From Labilithrix sp. (GTDB lineage Bacteria; Myxococcota_A; Polyangia; Polyangiales; Polyangiaceae), in the NCBI GenBank assembly GCA_044227045.1, contig JBGAFW010000002.1, forward strand, positions 131,457-195,456: a DNA stretch of 64,000 bases, in the 5' to 3' direction. The translations under genes and the position numbers were made by a program. Numbering within the stretch: position 1 is the first letter of the stretch; each line of letters begins with the position of its first letter. Below the pieces are notes generated by a model. It saw only the letters and a program-made list of their open reading frames with translations, did not search any database and was not told where the DNA came from. Shown here in pieces: positions 17,806-27,146 of this stretch.

Positions 17806-17910
17806 CGATCATGGTTCGAGCGGATGCAGCCGCGAACGGCGGCATGTTGTGTCTATGCCGCGTCCGCGCGCAGAGCGGGAACCTCTCGGTTCAGAAGACG
17901 ACTGACGACT

Positions 17911-19335
17911 TCACCTGTACTCCGTTGAGTTTGGCTTAACCCAGTTGAGCCAAACCCACTGATCCATCACTCGCCCGGTGTTTGAAGAGAAATAGTGGTT
18001 GTTGGGAACGCCGAGACCGGGGTCGGAGGTGTTGGCACCCGTGCAGTAAAGCGTTGGGTCTCCTACCGAGCTGAACAGCTTGAGCATGATGCAGGCGCCG
18101 CTCGACCCTTTGGTGGTGTCCAGATAGTGGTTCATCGAATAGCGGTATGTGTAGTCGAGTCCAACCTGTGCAGCTCCCAGAGTGCGACCTACCTCAGAAC
18201 GAAAGTTGTAAACTCGACCATTCGGGTTCGTCGGCTGGCTTGGGGATGGTTCGTTGATGTAGTCACCGTCGTAACCAATCATTCGCGCCTGGGATGCCGT
18301 CGGATAGTCATTGAGAGTTCCATATGCGGGAGCGACGTATTGGCCTCCCCATGTGGGGCTACCTGGCCAAGCACCACAACTAGCGAAATCGATAACCGCG
18401 AAGTCGTCGGAGTCGTTCCCGGAAACCTTCCATGCGCTGGGAACCCAAATCGAGAGACACGTGCTGTACGGTCCGAGCCAATTATCCACGTAGCGTGTCG
18501 CACCGATGTTGTAGTCGAAGTGACCCGTGTAAAGAGGCAGTGCCGTCGAAATAAAAGTGCTGTTGGCCCGTGCATAGAAGCAATGAGCTGCCGAGATCGC
18601 CGTGTAGTAACCAATCATCGTGAACGAACATATTGGTGTGTAGCCTTGCGCTGCGTTCGGCCAGACTGTGCGGTCGTCGATTCGCGTCCACACACGACCC
18701 CCACTCGTACCCGGCCCCCAGAACACGTGTTTTGATTCAGACGGGGCTATGTTGATTTGTGGTGGAGGAAGTTCGAGCAGCGGACCGAGAGCGATCGGTT
18801 TCTCGGCATTCAACTCGGGTAGAAGTCTTTTCGATCGTGAAACCTCAAAGGCGAGGCGCTTGATGGGTATCGGCTCCGCCGTCTCAACCACGCCATTCGG
18901 CGTCTGGTGGCTTTCAATTACCCTGCGATCTGGCCCGACACGCATACGATTCGTCCGTGAGGCACGCGCTTGCCGAACTCTGGCTGTATCGAGCACGGGG
19001 TGAAAGATCTGTTCGTACTCCGTGATGGTACCATCGGCGTTTGGAACCACGCGTGTCATGAGCGCTGTTCGAGCCAAGTCATCGTCCGACATCGAATCAA
19101 GCTCGGCAGATGTCGGGCCTCGATGGGCGGCAGCGATATTCTGTGAGACTCCGGGGGTGACCGTTCGAACGAGCCACTCGCGTCCGTCATTGTCGACGAA
19201 GTGCTTCGGTACTTCGTCTCGCCCGGATGGCAAACCTGGAATGTCCGTTGAGGGCTCCTGCAGAGTGTCTCCGTGGTTTGCATCGAAGGAGCATCCTGTC
19301 GACCCGAGCAGCACTAGAAACAGTGAAGCTTTCAT
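17911..19335 (-). CDS. Secreted trypsin-like (S1 family) serine peptidase with N-terminal extension, encoded in a low-GC island
   Basis: Signal peptide with lipobox (LLGSTGCS). Catalytic His context TAISAAHCF, Asp in DFAVIDF, Ser in KGSSGACIM. The region is ~55% GC with A/T-ending codons, versus ~70% in the flanks. Confidence 0.75.
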   Translation of the reverse strand: MKASLFLVLLGSTGCSFDANHGDTLQEPSTDIPGLPSGRDEVPKHFVDNDGREWLVRTVTPGVSQNIAAAHRGPTSAELDSMSDDDLARTALMTRVVPNADGTITEYEQIFHPVLDTARVRQARASRTNRMRVGPDRRVIESHQTPNGVVETAEPIPIKRLAFEVSRSKRLLPELNAEKPIALGPLLELPPPQINIAPSESKHVFWGPGTSGGRVWTRIDDRTVWPNAAQGYTPICSFTMIGYYTAISAAHCFYARANSTFISTALPLYTGHFDYNIGATRYVDNWLGPYSTCLSIWVPSAWKVSGNDSDDFAVIDFASCGAWPGSPTWGGQYVAPAYGTLNDYPTASQARMIGYDGDYINEPSPSQPTNPNGRVYNFRSEVGRTLGAAQVGLDYTYRYSMNHYLDTTKGSSGACIMLKLFSSVGDPTLYCTGANTSDPGLGVPNNHYFSSNTGRVMDQWVWLNWVKPNSTEYR

Positions 19336-19396
19336 TCGTCACCTCCTCCCATAGAAGACAGAACGAGTCGTGCGTTTGCCGAGGTTGGAGTCACAA

Positions 19397-19429
19397 CAAG
19401 AAAACGGCGTCGCTCGTGAGAGCGACGCC
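19397..19429 (-). terminator. Rho-independent terminator downstream of the 19459..20769 gene
   Basis: Perfect 10-bp GC stem ggcgtcgctc/gagcgacgcc with a 4-nt loop, followed on the minus strand by GTTTTCTTG. Confidence 0.5.
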
Positions 19430-19458
19430 GTGTTCCATGGCTTTACGATGTCGTCAGA

Positions 19459-20769
19459 TCAGGGCTGCGCGTTCGGGAAGCCGAGGTAGTGCAGGGCGCG
19501 TCCACCCGATCCGCCGGGGAGTCCGACGAGCATGAACGTGTAGGCCTTGCCGTTCACGTAGAGCTGCGCCGCGTCGGGCGATCCGGTGGAGAGGAACTGA
19601 ACGGTCGCGGGCGGCGTGCCGCCAGAGTTGTTGAGCGGGACCGGACCGATCGGGGCGCCGGTGGCGGGGTTGTTCGGATTGAGGGCGAGGTAGCCGTTGG
19701 AGGTCACGAGGCCCTTCACCTTCACGAGCGGCGACGCCGACGTGGCGTTGCGGTTGTATGGGAGCTCCGCGCTGCTCGACGTGACCGGGAACTCGCCGCC
19801 AGCGGCGTCCGCACCGTTGCCGCCGTCCAAGAACTCGGCGTTCAAGAGGGTCGGCTTGTAGAGACCAACGCCCGCCTTGAGCGCCTCGTGTTGCGGCGAG
19901 AGGTTGATCGCCTGCGCGCCGAACTCGTCGGTCGCGACGGGGTTCGTGGTGTCGATCTCGATGATCAAGATCTTCAGGTTGCCCGCGCCGGGTGTTGCGT
20001 TGGGGATGAAAGGCGCGTTCGCGTTGTCGTTGCCACAGGAGCCGGCTGCGGCGCTGGCGTTGCCGGTGCAGCCCGTGACGGCGAGCACGTAAGTGTGGTT
20101 CTTCTTGAGCGTGCCTGCCGGGATGTCGGCGAGCTGCCAGTAGTCGACGTTCGGCGTGAGACCGCCGTCGATGCCGCCGCCCAGACCGCCGTCACCCTTC
20201 TGCAGCAGCTTGGTGCAGCGCGGGATGCTCGGATCCTGTCCCTGGATACCTCGGGCGGCGAGCGTCTTCGCGTTCATCATGTACGGACGAATGGTGATCG
20301 TCTCGAGGTCCGCACCCGAGCCTGGGAACGGTCCACCCGTGCCGATGAAGAGACCGGGGTAGGGCTGCGTCGCGCCAGCGTCGGAGGGAAGCGCGGGAAA
20401 CGGCGTCGCGACGAAGTCGGTGTCGACAGGCGTGGGGACGGCCGCGGTCGCAAAGCAGACGCGAACGCCGCCGAGGTAGTTGCCTGCCTGGTCGGTGTCG
20501 GGGCCGAGGTCCGTCGCCGCGTGGACGAGGATGATCTTTGCCGGGACGGCCGGCGGACCCGAGTCCGTGCTCGTCTCGTTGCCCGTGCCGCTGTCGGTCA
20601 CGCCGGTGTCGTTGCCCGTGCCGCTGTCCGTGCCCGTGCCGCTGTCCGTCTTCGGGTTCGCGACGGTATCGTCGTCGTCACCGCACGCTGCGAGGAAGGT
20701 ACCGAGGGCCGAGCCCACAACGATCGTCGACAGAAGACCATAACGAAGCCATTTCTTGTTTCGCATCAC
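19459..20769 (-). CDS. Hypothetical secreted lipoprotein (Thr/Gly/Ser/Asp-rich linker, then globular domain)
   Basis: Signal peptide with lipobox FLAACGDDDD; DSGTGxD repeats; 436 aa. Confidence 0.65.
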   Translation of the reverse strand: MMRNKKWLRYGLLSTIVVGSALGTFLAACGDDDDTVANPKTDSGTGTDSGTGNDTGVTDSGTGNETSTDSGPPAVPAKIILVHAATDLGPDTDQAGNYLGGVRVCFATAAVPTPVDTDFVATPFPALPSDAGATQPYPGLFIGTGGPFPGSGADLETITIRPYMMNAKTLAARGIQGQDPSIPRCTKLLQKGDGGLGGGIDGGLTPNVDYWQLADIPAGTLKKNHTYVLAVTGCTGNASAAAGSCGNDNANAPFIPNATPGAGNLKILIIEIDTTNPVATDEFGAQAINLSPQHEALKAGVGLYKPTLLNAEFLDGGNGADAAGGEFPVTSSSAELPYNRNATSASPLVKVKGLVTSNGYLALNPNNPATGAPIGPVPLNNSGGTPPATVQFLSTGSPDAAQLYVNGKAYTFMLVGLPGGSGGRALHYLGFPNAQP

Positions 20770-21044
20770 CGCTCTCCTTTAGTTTCGTAAGCCCGAACGA
20801 ATACTGCCCTCGGGCTGCGCCCTCGGTGCAAAACGCATAGGAAACGTAGAGAGAACCAAGCATCATCGCAAGGAAAGACTGGCGTCTGTGATTGCTGGCA
20901 ACAGGCTCACACCGGGGCGTCCTTGGACCACGATCGCGATGTCATAGGTCAGAGGTGCCGCCTTGGCCGCCTATCGAAGTGGGCTCGCGAGCGTCGAGCG
21001 CGTCGCATCTTGCACCTGCAGGCATCCTCTGAGATGAACCTTAC

Positions 21045-22517
21045 GTGAAGTTTCCGGCAGTTCGAGCAAGCGAACGAAGCCTGCAGAGGCTCGCATCCGC
21101 TGGTCTTCTCACGCTCGCGTTCGGCGCTTTGGGTGGATGCGACCGCACGCAGAAGCCGTCCGGGACGATGGGCTCCGCAGGCGCAAACGGAGCGCTCGCG
21201 GCCTCGTCATCCGCATCCGCACTTGCGAGCAACAACGCGTCCGTCGCAGCGACAGGGGCGTCATCCGCTGCGCCGTTGGCAGACGCGGCGGCTCGAGGCG
21301 GCGTCGCCTCCGCGATGCCGCAGGACCTCAACGTCATCGTGCTCTCGATCGACAGCTTGCGCGCCGACATGCCGTGGAACGGCTACGCGCGACAGATCGC
21401 GCCGCGTCTCACGGAGCTCGAGAAGCGCGCCGTCAGCTACACGCACGCGTACGCGATCTCGTCGTACACCTCGATGAGCCTCGGCGGGTTGCTCGGTGGA
21501 CGCCTCCCGAGCGGGATGAAGCGCAGCGGCTTCTTCTTCGGCAAGTACTCGGCGGACAACGTCCTCTTTCCGGAGGTGTTGCAGGCCGCCGACGTGCGCA
21601 CGATCTCGGCGCACGCGCACGGCTACTTCAAGGACGCCGGCTTCGAGCAAGGCTTCGACGTCTTCGAGATCGTGCCTGGGATCATCTTCAAGAACGAGAC
21701 GGATCCGAACGTCACGAGCCCGCAGCACGAGGCGATCGCGGAGCGGCAGCTCGGTGACCCCGCGCTCGACACGAAGCGCTTCTTCGCCTGGTACCACTTC
21801 CTCGATCCGCACGATCAGTACGTCGCGCACGACAAAGACGGCATCCCGCCGTACGGACCGAAGCTGCGTGACAAGTACGACGTCGAGGTCACGTACACCG
21901 ATCGCTACCTCGGAAAGCTCCTCGACTTCATCGAGGCGAAGCCGTGGGGCAAGCGGACGGCGATCATCGTCACCGCCGATCACGGTGAAGCGTTCGGCGA
22001 GCACGGGATGTTCGCGCACGGCTTCGAGCTCTGGGAGAACCTCGTCCGGGTGCCGATGTTCTTCGTCATCCCTGGCGTCGCGCCGAAGCGCATCGACACG
22101 CCGCGCAGCGCGATCGATCTCGCTCCCACGATCCTCGAGCTCTTGCACGTGGACAAGGCGGCGAAGGACAAGTCCGGCGGCGCGCTCGAGCTCGAAGGCA
22201 AGAGCCTCGTCGACGAGATGACCGGCAAGGAGGCGCCCGCCGAGCGCGACGTCATCGTCGACTTGCCGATGACGAGCGACAACGACAAGCGTCGCGCGCT
22301 CGTGCGCGGCAACAAGAAGATCATCGCGTACGGAAAAGAAGAGGCGCTTCGTTTCTACGATCTCGCCGCGGATCCGACGGAAGAGCACCCGATCACGAAA
22401 GGCGAGGCTTTCGACGACATCGCCAAGCCGTACCGCACCCTCTCGAAGAACATCAAAGAGGTGGCCCCCTTCGCGTGCGGCGAAAAATGCCTGAATCGAG
22501 CGTATGCCAAGCCCTGA
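21045..22517 (+). CDS. Sulfatase / alkaline-phosphatase superfamily enzyme (sulfatase-like hydrolase or transferase)
   Basis: Signal peptide with lipobox-like LGGCD. N-terminal LNVIVLSIDSLRAD(M) metal/FGly region and IVTADHGEAFGEHG, characteristic of sulfatases. Confidence 0.8.
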   Translation: MKFPAVRASERSLQRLASAGLLTLAFGALGGCDRTQKPSGTMGSAGANGALAASSSASALASNNASVAATGASSAAPLADAAARGGVASAMPQDLNVIVLSIDSLRADMPWNGYARQIAPRLTELEKRAVSYTHAYAISSYTSMSLGGLLGGRLPSGMKRSGFFFGKYSADNVLFPEVLQAADVRTISAHAHGYFKDAGFEQGFDVFEIVPGIIFKNETDPNVTSPQHEAIAERQLGDPALDTKRFFAWYHFLDPHDQYVAHDKDGIPPYGPKLRDKYDVEVTYTDRYLGKLLDFIEAKPWGKRTAIIVTADHGEAFGEHGMFAHGFELWENLVRVPMFFVIPGVAPKRIDTPRSAIDLAPTILELLHVDKAAKDKSGGALELEGKSLVDEMTGKEAPAERDVIVDLPMTSDNDKRRALVRGNKKIIAYGKEEALRFYDLAADPTEEHPITKGEAFDDIAKPYRTLSKNIKEVAPFACGEKCLNRAYAKP

Positions 22518-22634
22518 ACGCGATCCTGGCGGGCGTCCGAGAGGTTAGGGGAGCGCGAAGAACCCGATTTTTTAGTAGGCTACTCGGCTCTCTCCTCGAG
22601 AGAGAAGACGCGACTAGGACCAACTGGAGAACTG

Positions 22635-23480
22635 ATGCGCATCGTCCCGATCCCCTGTCTCTCGGACAACTACGCCTACCTGCTCGTATGCCGCGAGACG
22701 AAGGAGGCTGCGATCGTCGACGTGTCCGAGGCCGGACCCGTGCTCGCGGCGATCGATCAAGGGGCGGGGACGCAGGATAGCCGTCGTGACCTGAGCCAGC
22801 TCGTCAATCACAACCGCGAGGACGTCCGCATCGCGGCGATCTTGAGCACGCACCACCATCACGATCACGTCGGCGGCAACGAAGAGGTTCGGTCGAAGCT
22901 CGGCATCGACCGCGTCTATGGTCACGCGAGCGATCGCGGTCGCATCCCCGGGCAGACGCAGTACCTGCAGGAGAACGACACGTTCGAGATCGGGCGCCTC
23001 TCCGTGCGTGCGCTTCACATCCCTGGGCACACGCTCGGCGCCGTCGCGTATGTCGTCACGCATGCGCACGATGATCCGGCCGTCTTCACCGGAGACACGC
23101 TCTTCGTCGGCGGATGCGGCCGCCTCTTCGAAGGCGATCCGCCGATGATGCACGCGTCGCTTCAGAAGCTCGCCGCGCTCGATCCGCGCACGAAGGTGTA
23201 CTGCGGTCACGAGTACACCGAGTCGAACCTCCGCTTCGCGGCGCACGTGGAGCCCTCGAACGCGGCGGTCGTGACCGCTCGCGCGAAGGCCGCCCAACTC
23301 CGCAAAGAAGGACGGCCGACGATGGGTTCGACGATCGCGGAGGAGCTCTCGTACAATCCGTTCTTGCGAACGACGTCCGCCGAGATTCGGAAGACGCTGG
23401 GGATCTCGGCGGATGCGTCTCAACAAGACGCGCTAGGCGCGATTCGCAAGGCGAAGGACGAATTCAAGATCGGCGCGTGA
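22635..23480 (+). CDS. gloB: Hydroxyacylglutathione hydrolase (glyoxalase II)
   Basis: MRIVPIPCLSDNYAYLL... start. MBL-fold motif THHHHDHVGGN. Length 281 aa. Confidence 0.85.
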   Translation: MRIVPIPCLSDNYAYLLVCRETKEAAIVDVSEAGPVLAAIDQGAGTQDSRRDLSQLVNHNREDVRIAAILSTHHHHDHVGGNEEVRSKLGIDRVYGHASDRGRIPGQTQYLQENDTFEIGRLSVRALHIPGHTLGAVAYVVTHAHDDPAVFTGDTLFVGGCGRLFEGDPPMMHASLQKLAALDPRTKVYCGHEYTESNLRFAAHVEPSNAAVVTARAKAAQLRKEGRPTMGSTIAEELSYNPFLRTTSAEIRKTLGISADASQQDALGAIRKAKDEFKIGA

Positions 23481-23582
23481 GGGATCGCGGGGCGATGCTC
23501 GCGTGAGCCAGCCTGAGTGAGGGGCAGACAAGCCCAGCTCGACATCGACGACCGCCCAACGACGCATCACGTGCCGAGCGGC

Positions 23583-24152
23583 TCAGTTGCCGCCCTGCTG
23601 CGCGCCGAAGCACTGGCTCGCGCACTGGTCGATCGCGTCACACGCGGCGGTGTTCTGCTGGCAGATCTGGTCCGCTTGCTGGCTGCACTTCTGATCGCAC
23701 TGCTGATCTTGGCACTGGTTGAAGCACGCCGAGATCTGATCGTCGATCTGCTTGGCTTGCGGGTTCGGCGCGATGCAGGTCTGGAAGCACGCCTCGGGGT
23801 CGCCACCAGGCGGAGGCGTCGCGCCGGAGGACGAGGACGACGAGGACGAGGACGACGTCGTCTGCACGCCACCAGTCGACGAGCTGCTGCTGCTCGTGTT
23901 CGTTCCACCCGAGCTCGTGTTCGCGCCGGACGAGGAGGAGGACGACGAGGACGCGCCGTTCTTCGAGTTGCTGCCGCTGCTGCCGCCGCTGCTGCTCGAG
24001 GAGGAGCTGCTCGTGGTCTTCTTCCCGCTCGTGTTGTCGTCTTCGCCGTCTCCGATCTGCTGCCCAGGCGAGGGTGAGCTGCATCCGATGGCCGCCGACA
24101 GGCTGGCGAGTGCGAGAATCGTCGTGAGCGAGAGGAGCGTCGTGGTCTTCAT
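23583..24152 (-). CDS. Ser-rich low-complexity lipoprotein with Cys/Gln-rich C-terminal domain (start MKTTTLL)
   Basis: Signal peptide with lipobox AAIGCSS, poly-Ser/Gly tracts, C-terminal CFQTC...CFNQCQDQQCDQKCSQQADQICQQNTAACDAIDQCASQCF. Confidence 0.5.
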   Translation of the reverse strand: MKTTTLLSLTTILALASLSAAIGCSSPSPGQQIGDGEDDNTSGKKTTSSSSSSSSGGSSGSNSKNGASSSSSSSSGANTSSGGTNTSSSSSSTGGVQTTSSSSSSSSSSGATPPPGGDPEACFQTCIAPNPQAKQIDDQISACFNQCQDQQCDQKCSQQADQICQQNTAACDAIDQCASQCFGAQQGGN

Positions 24153-24369
24153 GGCGGTCTTCCGATCCCTTCTTGTCGCTGCTGCCCCGCAGCGTTCGGG
24201 AGGAGACAACTGCACCCCTTGGACCAACCCTCCTTCCATGTGGGATCATGTCTGCAAACGTGCCTTTCGGCTGGAATTTGCGGCTGATCTGGATCCTTCA
24301 AAACCCTCTCGGTGGGGATGGTTGGGTGTCCAACAGCGCATGATCCCGAGAGGTTCGGGCGTTTGGAAC

Positions 24370-24630
24370 GACGGAGATGCCGTGCTCTGCCGAAGTCCGC
24401 GACGACATCGGCAGAGCGGAAATGCCGGGCTCTGCCGAAGTCCACGACGACATCGGCAGAGCGGAAATGCCGGGCTCTGCCGAAGTCCGCGACGACATCG
24501 GCAGAGCGGAGATGCCCGGCTCTGCCGAAGTTCGCGACGACTTCGGCAGAGCGGAGATGCCGGGCTCTGCCGAAGTCGCGACGACTTCGGCAGAGCGGAG
24601 ATGCCGGCCCTGCCGAAGTCCGCGACGTCA
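24370..24630. repeat. Tandem array (~5.5 copies) of a 45-bp unit containing a 9-12 bp inverted repeat CTCTGCCGAAG...CTTCGGCAGAG
   Basis: Unit gctctgccgaagtccgcgacgacatcggcagagcggaaatgccgg repeated head-to-tail from 24384. The whole unit is repeated, so there are no unique spacers. The array lies between two minus-strand genes. Confidence 0.85.
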
Positions 24631-25779
24631 GGGCTCGTCGTCGTCGCCGCCGCTCGCGACGTAGTCCGCGATCGCCCGCCGCTCACGCTCGAGGAACGAC
24701 CCGATGACGCCTCGAAAGCGCGCGTCCTCGACGTGATGCGCCGAGTGCGTCATCGTCGGGACGAAGCCGCGGACGCGTTTGTGCTCGCCGCCGGCGCCTG
24801 GGTTGAACGTCGCGAGGCCGTGGCGGATCGCTTCGTCGATGCCGTGGTAGTAGCAGACGTTGAAGTGGAGGAAGGGGAGGTCGACGGTCGTTCCCCAGTA
24901 GCGACCGTAGAGGATCTTGTCCTTCTGGATGTTGAACGCGCTCGCGACGATGTGGCCTTTCGCGTCGCGCGCGACGACCCAGGCGAGGCGGTGCGCGAAG
25001 CGCTGGCGAACGAGGTCGAAGAATTTCTTCTTCAGGTAGCGACGGCCGTAGAAGTACTTGTCGACCGTCGTGGTGTAGAGGTCGAACATCGTCTCGGCGA
25101 TCGCTTCACCGCGCTTGCCTTCGAGATCCTTCGGGCCGAGCGTCTCGATCGTGAGGCCGTCCATCGCTGGCTGCTTTCGTTCGCGACGGATCTGCGTGCG
25201 CTTCTTCTGCGGAAGCGTCTTCAAGAAATCCTCGAACGTCGCGAAGCCGTCATTCGACCAGTGGTACTGCACGCCGCTTCGCATCATGAAGCCGGAGGCG
25301 CCCCACATCTCGGCTTCGGCGCGCTCGGGAAAGAGGACGTGCGCGCTCGACAGCTCCATCTCCTTCGTGATCGTCGTGATCGCCTTGGCGAAGATCGCGA
25401 CCGTCTCTGCGCGGTCGCGCGAGGGATGCCAGAGGACGCGATGCCCCGTCGCGGGAGTGAAGGGGACCGCGAGGATGAGCTTCGGGTAATAGGCGATGCC
25501 CATGCGGTTCGCGAGATCGGCCCAGCTCCAGTCGAAGACGAACTCGCCCTCACTGTTCATCTTCAAGTACGCGGGCGCGGCGCCGACGACCTTGTCGTTG
25601 TCGTAGAGGACGAGGTGGCGCGGCATCCATCCGGTGCGCCCGCCGACGCAGCCGGCCTCCTCGAGGCAGTCGAGCCAGGCGTGCTCCACGAACGGCGAAG
25701 CGTCCTCGCGAACGAGGGCGTTCCACGCGTCTGCGGGTACCTCACGAATGCGCTCGAGGACGCGTAATTCGAATGCCAA
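24628..25779 (-). CDS. GNAT-fold FemAB-like acyltransferase family protein (conserved hypothetical, DUF482-like)
   Basis: 383 aa. Resembles the FemAB-like/GNAT family recalled from other proteobacterial genomes. Motifs LYGRYWG, FNPGAGGEHK. Confidence 0.6.
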   Translation of the reverse strand: MAFELRVLERIREVPADAWNALVREDASPFVEHAWLDCLEEAGCVGGRTGWMPRHLVLYDNDKVVGAAPAYLKMNSEGEFVFDWSWADLANRMGIAYYPKLILAVPFTPATGHRVLWHPSRDRAETVAIFAKAITTITKEMELSSAHVLFPERAEAEMWGASGFMMRSGVQYHWSNDGFATFEDFLKTLPQKKRTQIRRERKQPAMDGLTIETLGPKDLEGKRGEAIAETMFDLYTTTVDKYFYGRRYLKKKFFDLVRQRFAHRLAWVVARDAKGHIVASAFNIQKDKILYGRYWGTTVDLPFLHFNVCYYHGIDEAIRHGLATFNPGAGGEHKRVRGFVPTMTHSAHHVEDARFRGVIGSFLERERRAIADYVASGGDDDEP

Positions 25780-25782
25780 GCG

Positions 25783-26379
25783 TCAGTTCGGATCCCGGCG
25801 CACGAGCGCGAACCACTGGTTGCGATGCTTGCCGTTCTTGTACGCGACACCGATCGACACGTGCGTGGAGATGCCGCGGAGGTAGTCGACCATTCCGCCG
25901 TTGACGATGCCTGCGATGCCGCCTTCGTTCGTCTTGATCTCGGGCCAGCTCGGCGCCTTCACCTTCGGGATGAGGGAGTAGTCGATGACGAGCTCACCTT
26001 CATGATCGCCTTCGCCCTTCGTGACGCCGAAGTATCCGGGGCCGGTGAACGGCTCCATCGACTGGCGGTTGAAGCCCGCGATCGTGAAGCGCGGATCGGA
26101 GCCTTCTTCGAGCTTCACGAAACGCTTCTGGAACTGCGAAAACAGCGGCAGCGTGTTGTGACCGTCGTGGATGACCTCGACGAGTGGACCTACGGAGGAG
26201 GGGACGAGGAAGTCGAGGTCGAGCGGACGGAAGCCCTTGGCGGCTTCGTAGAGCGCCTCGTGGTGATGCTTCGTCCACTGGCGAATCGTGTGGTAGCGGC
26301 CTTCGTGCCCGAGCCCGTCGAGGACTTCGGAGATGCGCTGGAGGTTGATCGTCGGCTCGAGGAAGGTGGTGATGTCCAT
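25783..26379 (-). CDS. Hypothetical protein (198 aa, start MDITTFLEP)
   Basis: GC-typical codon usage. The 5' Arg-rich extension of the ORF-track entry and the antisense ORF 25825..26451 were rejected. Confidence 0.5.
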   Translation of the reverse strand: MDITTFLEPTINLQRISEVLDGLGHEGRYHTIRQWTKHHHEALYEAAKGFRPLDLDFLVPSSVGPLVEVIHDGHNTLPLFSQFQKRFVKLEEGSDPRFTIAGFNRQSMEPFTGPGYFGVTKGEGDHEGELVIDYSLIPKVKAPSWPEIKTNEGGIAGIVNGGMVDYLRGISTHVSIGVAYKNGKHRNQWFALVRRDPN

Positions 26380-26505
26380 CGTGGTCTCGCTCTGCTCGGC
26401 TCTGCTGTCGCGCCGGTCGCGCCAGCGTCTCTCTCGGGAGAGATCTTCTAACACGACACCCTCGAACTTGGCCTTGAGCGGCCGCTCCTGGTTCGATTCC
26501 GCACC

Positions 26506-27111
26506 ATGGCACACCGTCTCGCTCCCCGAGCCCTCTTTGTCGTTTTCTCCGCCCTCGCTCTGGCCGCGCTCTCCGGATGCGATACGCCAGGCCTGAAATC
26601 CAAGGTCAAATCTCCCGGTCAGCTCGCGCAGCAGCCGATCGGGCAGGCGACCACGACCTCGGCCGACGCGATGTCGGGCGTTCGGTCGATGGGTCCGCAG
26701 ACGCCCGCGGTCTACACGCCGGGGCTGTCCGTCTCGGATTTGATCGCGCAGGCGTGCGGAATCAAACCGCGCGCCGAGGGTCAGAAGTCCTCGCCGAGCT
26801 TCGAGTACGACTCGGCCGCGCTCGGCGAAGCCGATCGCCAGATGCTCGCCGAGGTGGCGAAGTGCCTGACCGAAGGCGCGCTCAAAGGAAAGAGCGTCAC
26901 GTTCATCGGTCGCGCCGACGCGCGCGGCGAAGCCGAGTACAACATGACGCTCGGCGGCAGCCGGTCGGACACGGTGAAGCGCTACATGATCGACCTCGGC
27001 GTCGGCAAAGACCGCATGCGCGCCACCTCGCGCGGCGAGATGGACGCGACCGGGACGAACGAGCAGGGCTGGGCCCAAGACCGCCGCGTCGACATCGAGC
27101 TCGTGCTCTGA
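26506..27111 (+). CDS. OmpA-family peptidoglycan-associated lipoprotein (Pal-like)
   Basis: Signal peptide with lipobox LAALSGCD. OmpA_C motifs FEYDSAAL, TFIGRADARGEAEYNMTLGGSRSDTVKRYM and RRVDIELV. Confidence 0.8.
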   Translation: MAHRLAPRALFVVFSALALAALSGCDTPGLKSKVKSPGQLAQQPIGQATTTSADAMSGVRSMGPQTPAVYTPGLSVSDLIAQACGIKPRAEGQKSSPSFEYDSAALGEADRQMLAEVAKCLTEGALKGKSVTFIGRADARGEAEYNMTLGGSRSDTVKRYMIDLGVGKDRMRATSRGEMDATGTNEQGWAQDRRVDIELVL

Positions 27112-27146
27112 ATTGATCCGAGCGCCGCGCCGACTAGAGTAACGGC

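Noticed and set aside
22560-22600. Hairpin ctctctc-ctc-gagagag downstream of the sulfatase gene as a terminator
   Set aside because: Perfect 7-bp stem but no U-tract on either strand and low GC content in the stem. Insufficient evidence for an intrinsic terminator.
24370-24630. Regularly spaced direct repeats resembling a CRISPR array
   Set aside because: The entire 45-bp unit, including the would-be spacer, is repeated with only point differences. There are no unique spacers. The unit is internally palindromic and the same family recurs at two other loci without cas genes. It is a REP/MITE-like repeat, not CRISPR.
25825-26451. 208-aa + strand ORF
   Set aside because: Antisense to the 198-aa hypothetical gene 25783..26379; composition typical of a shadow frame.
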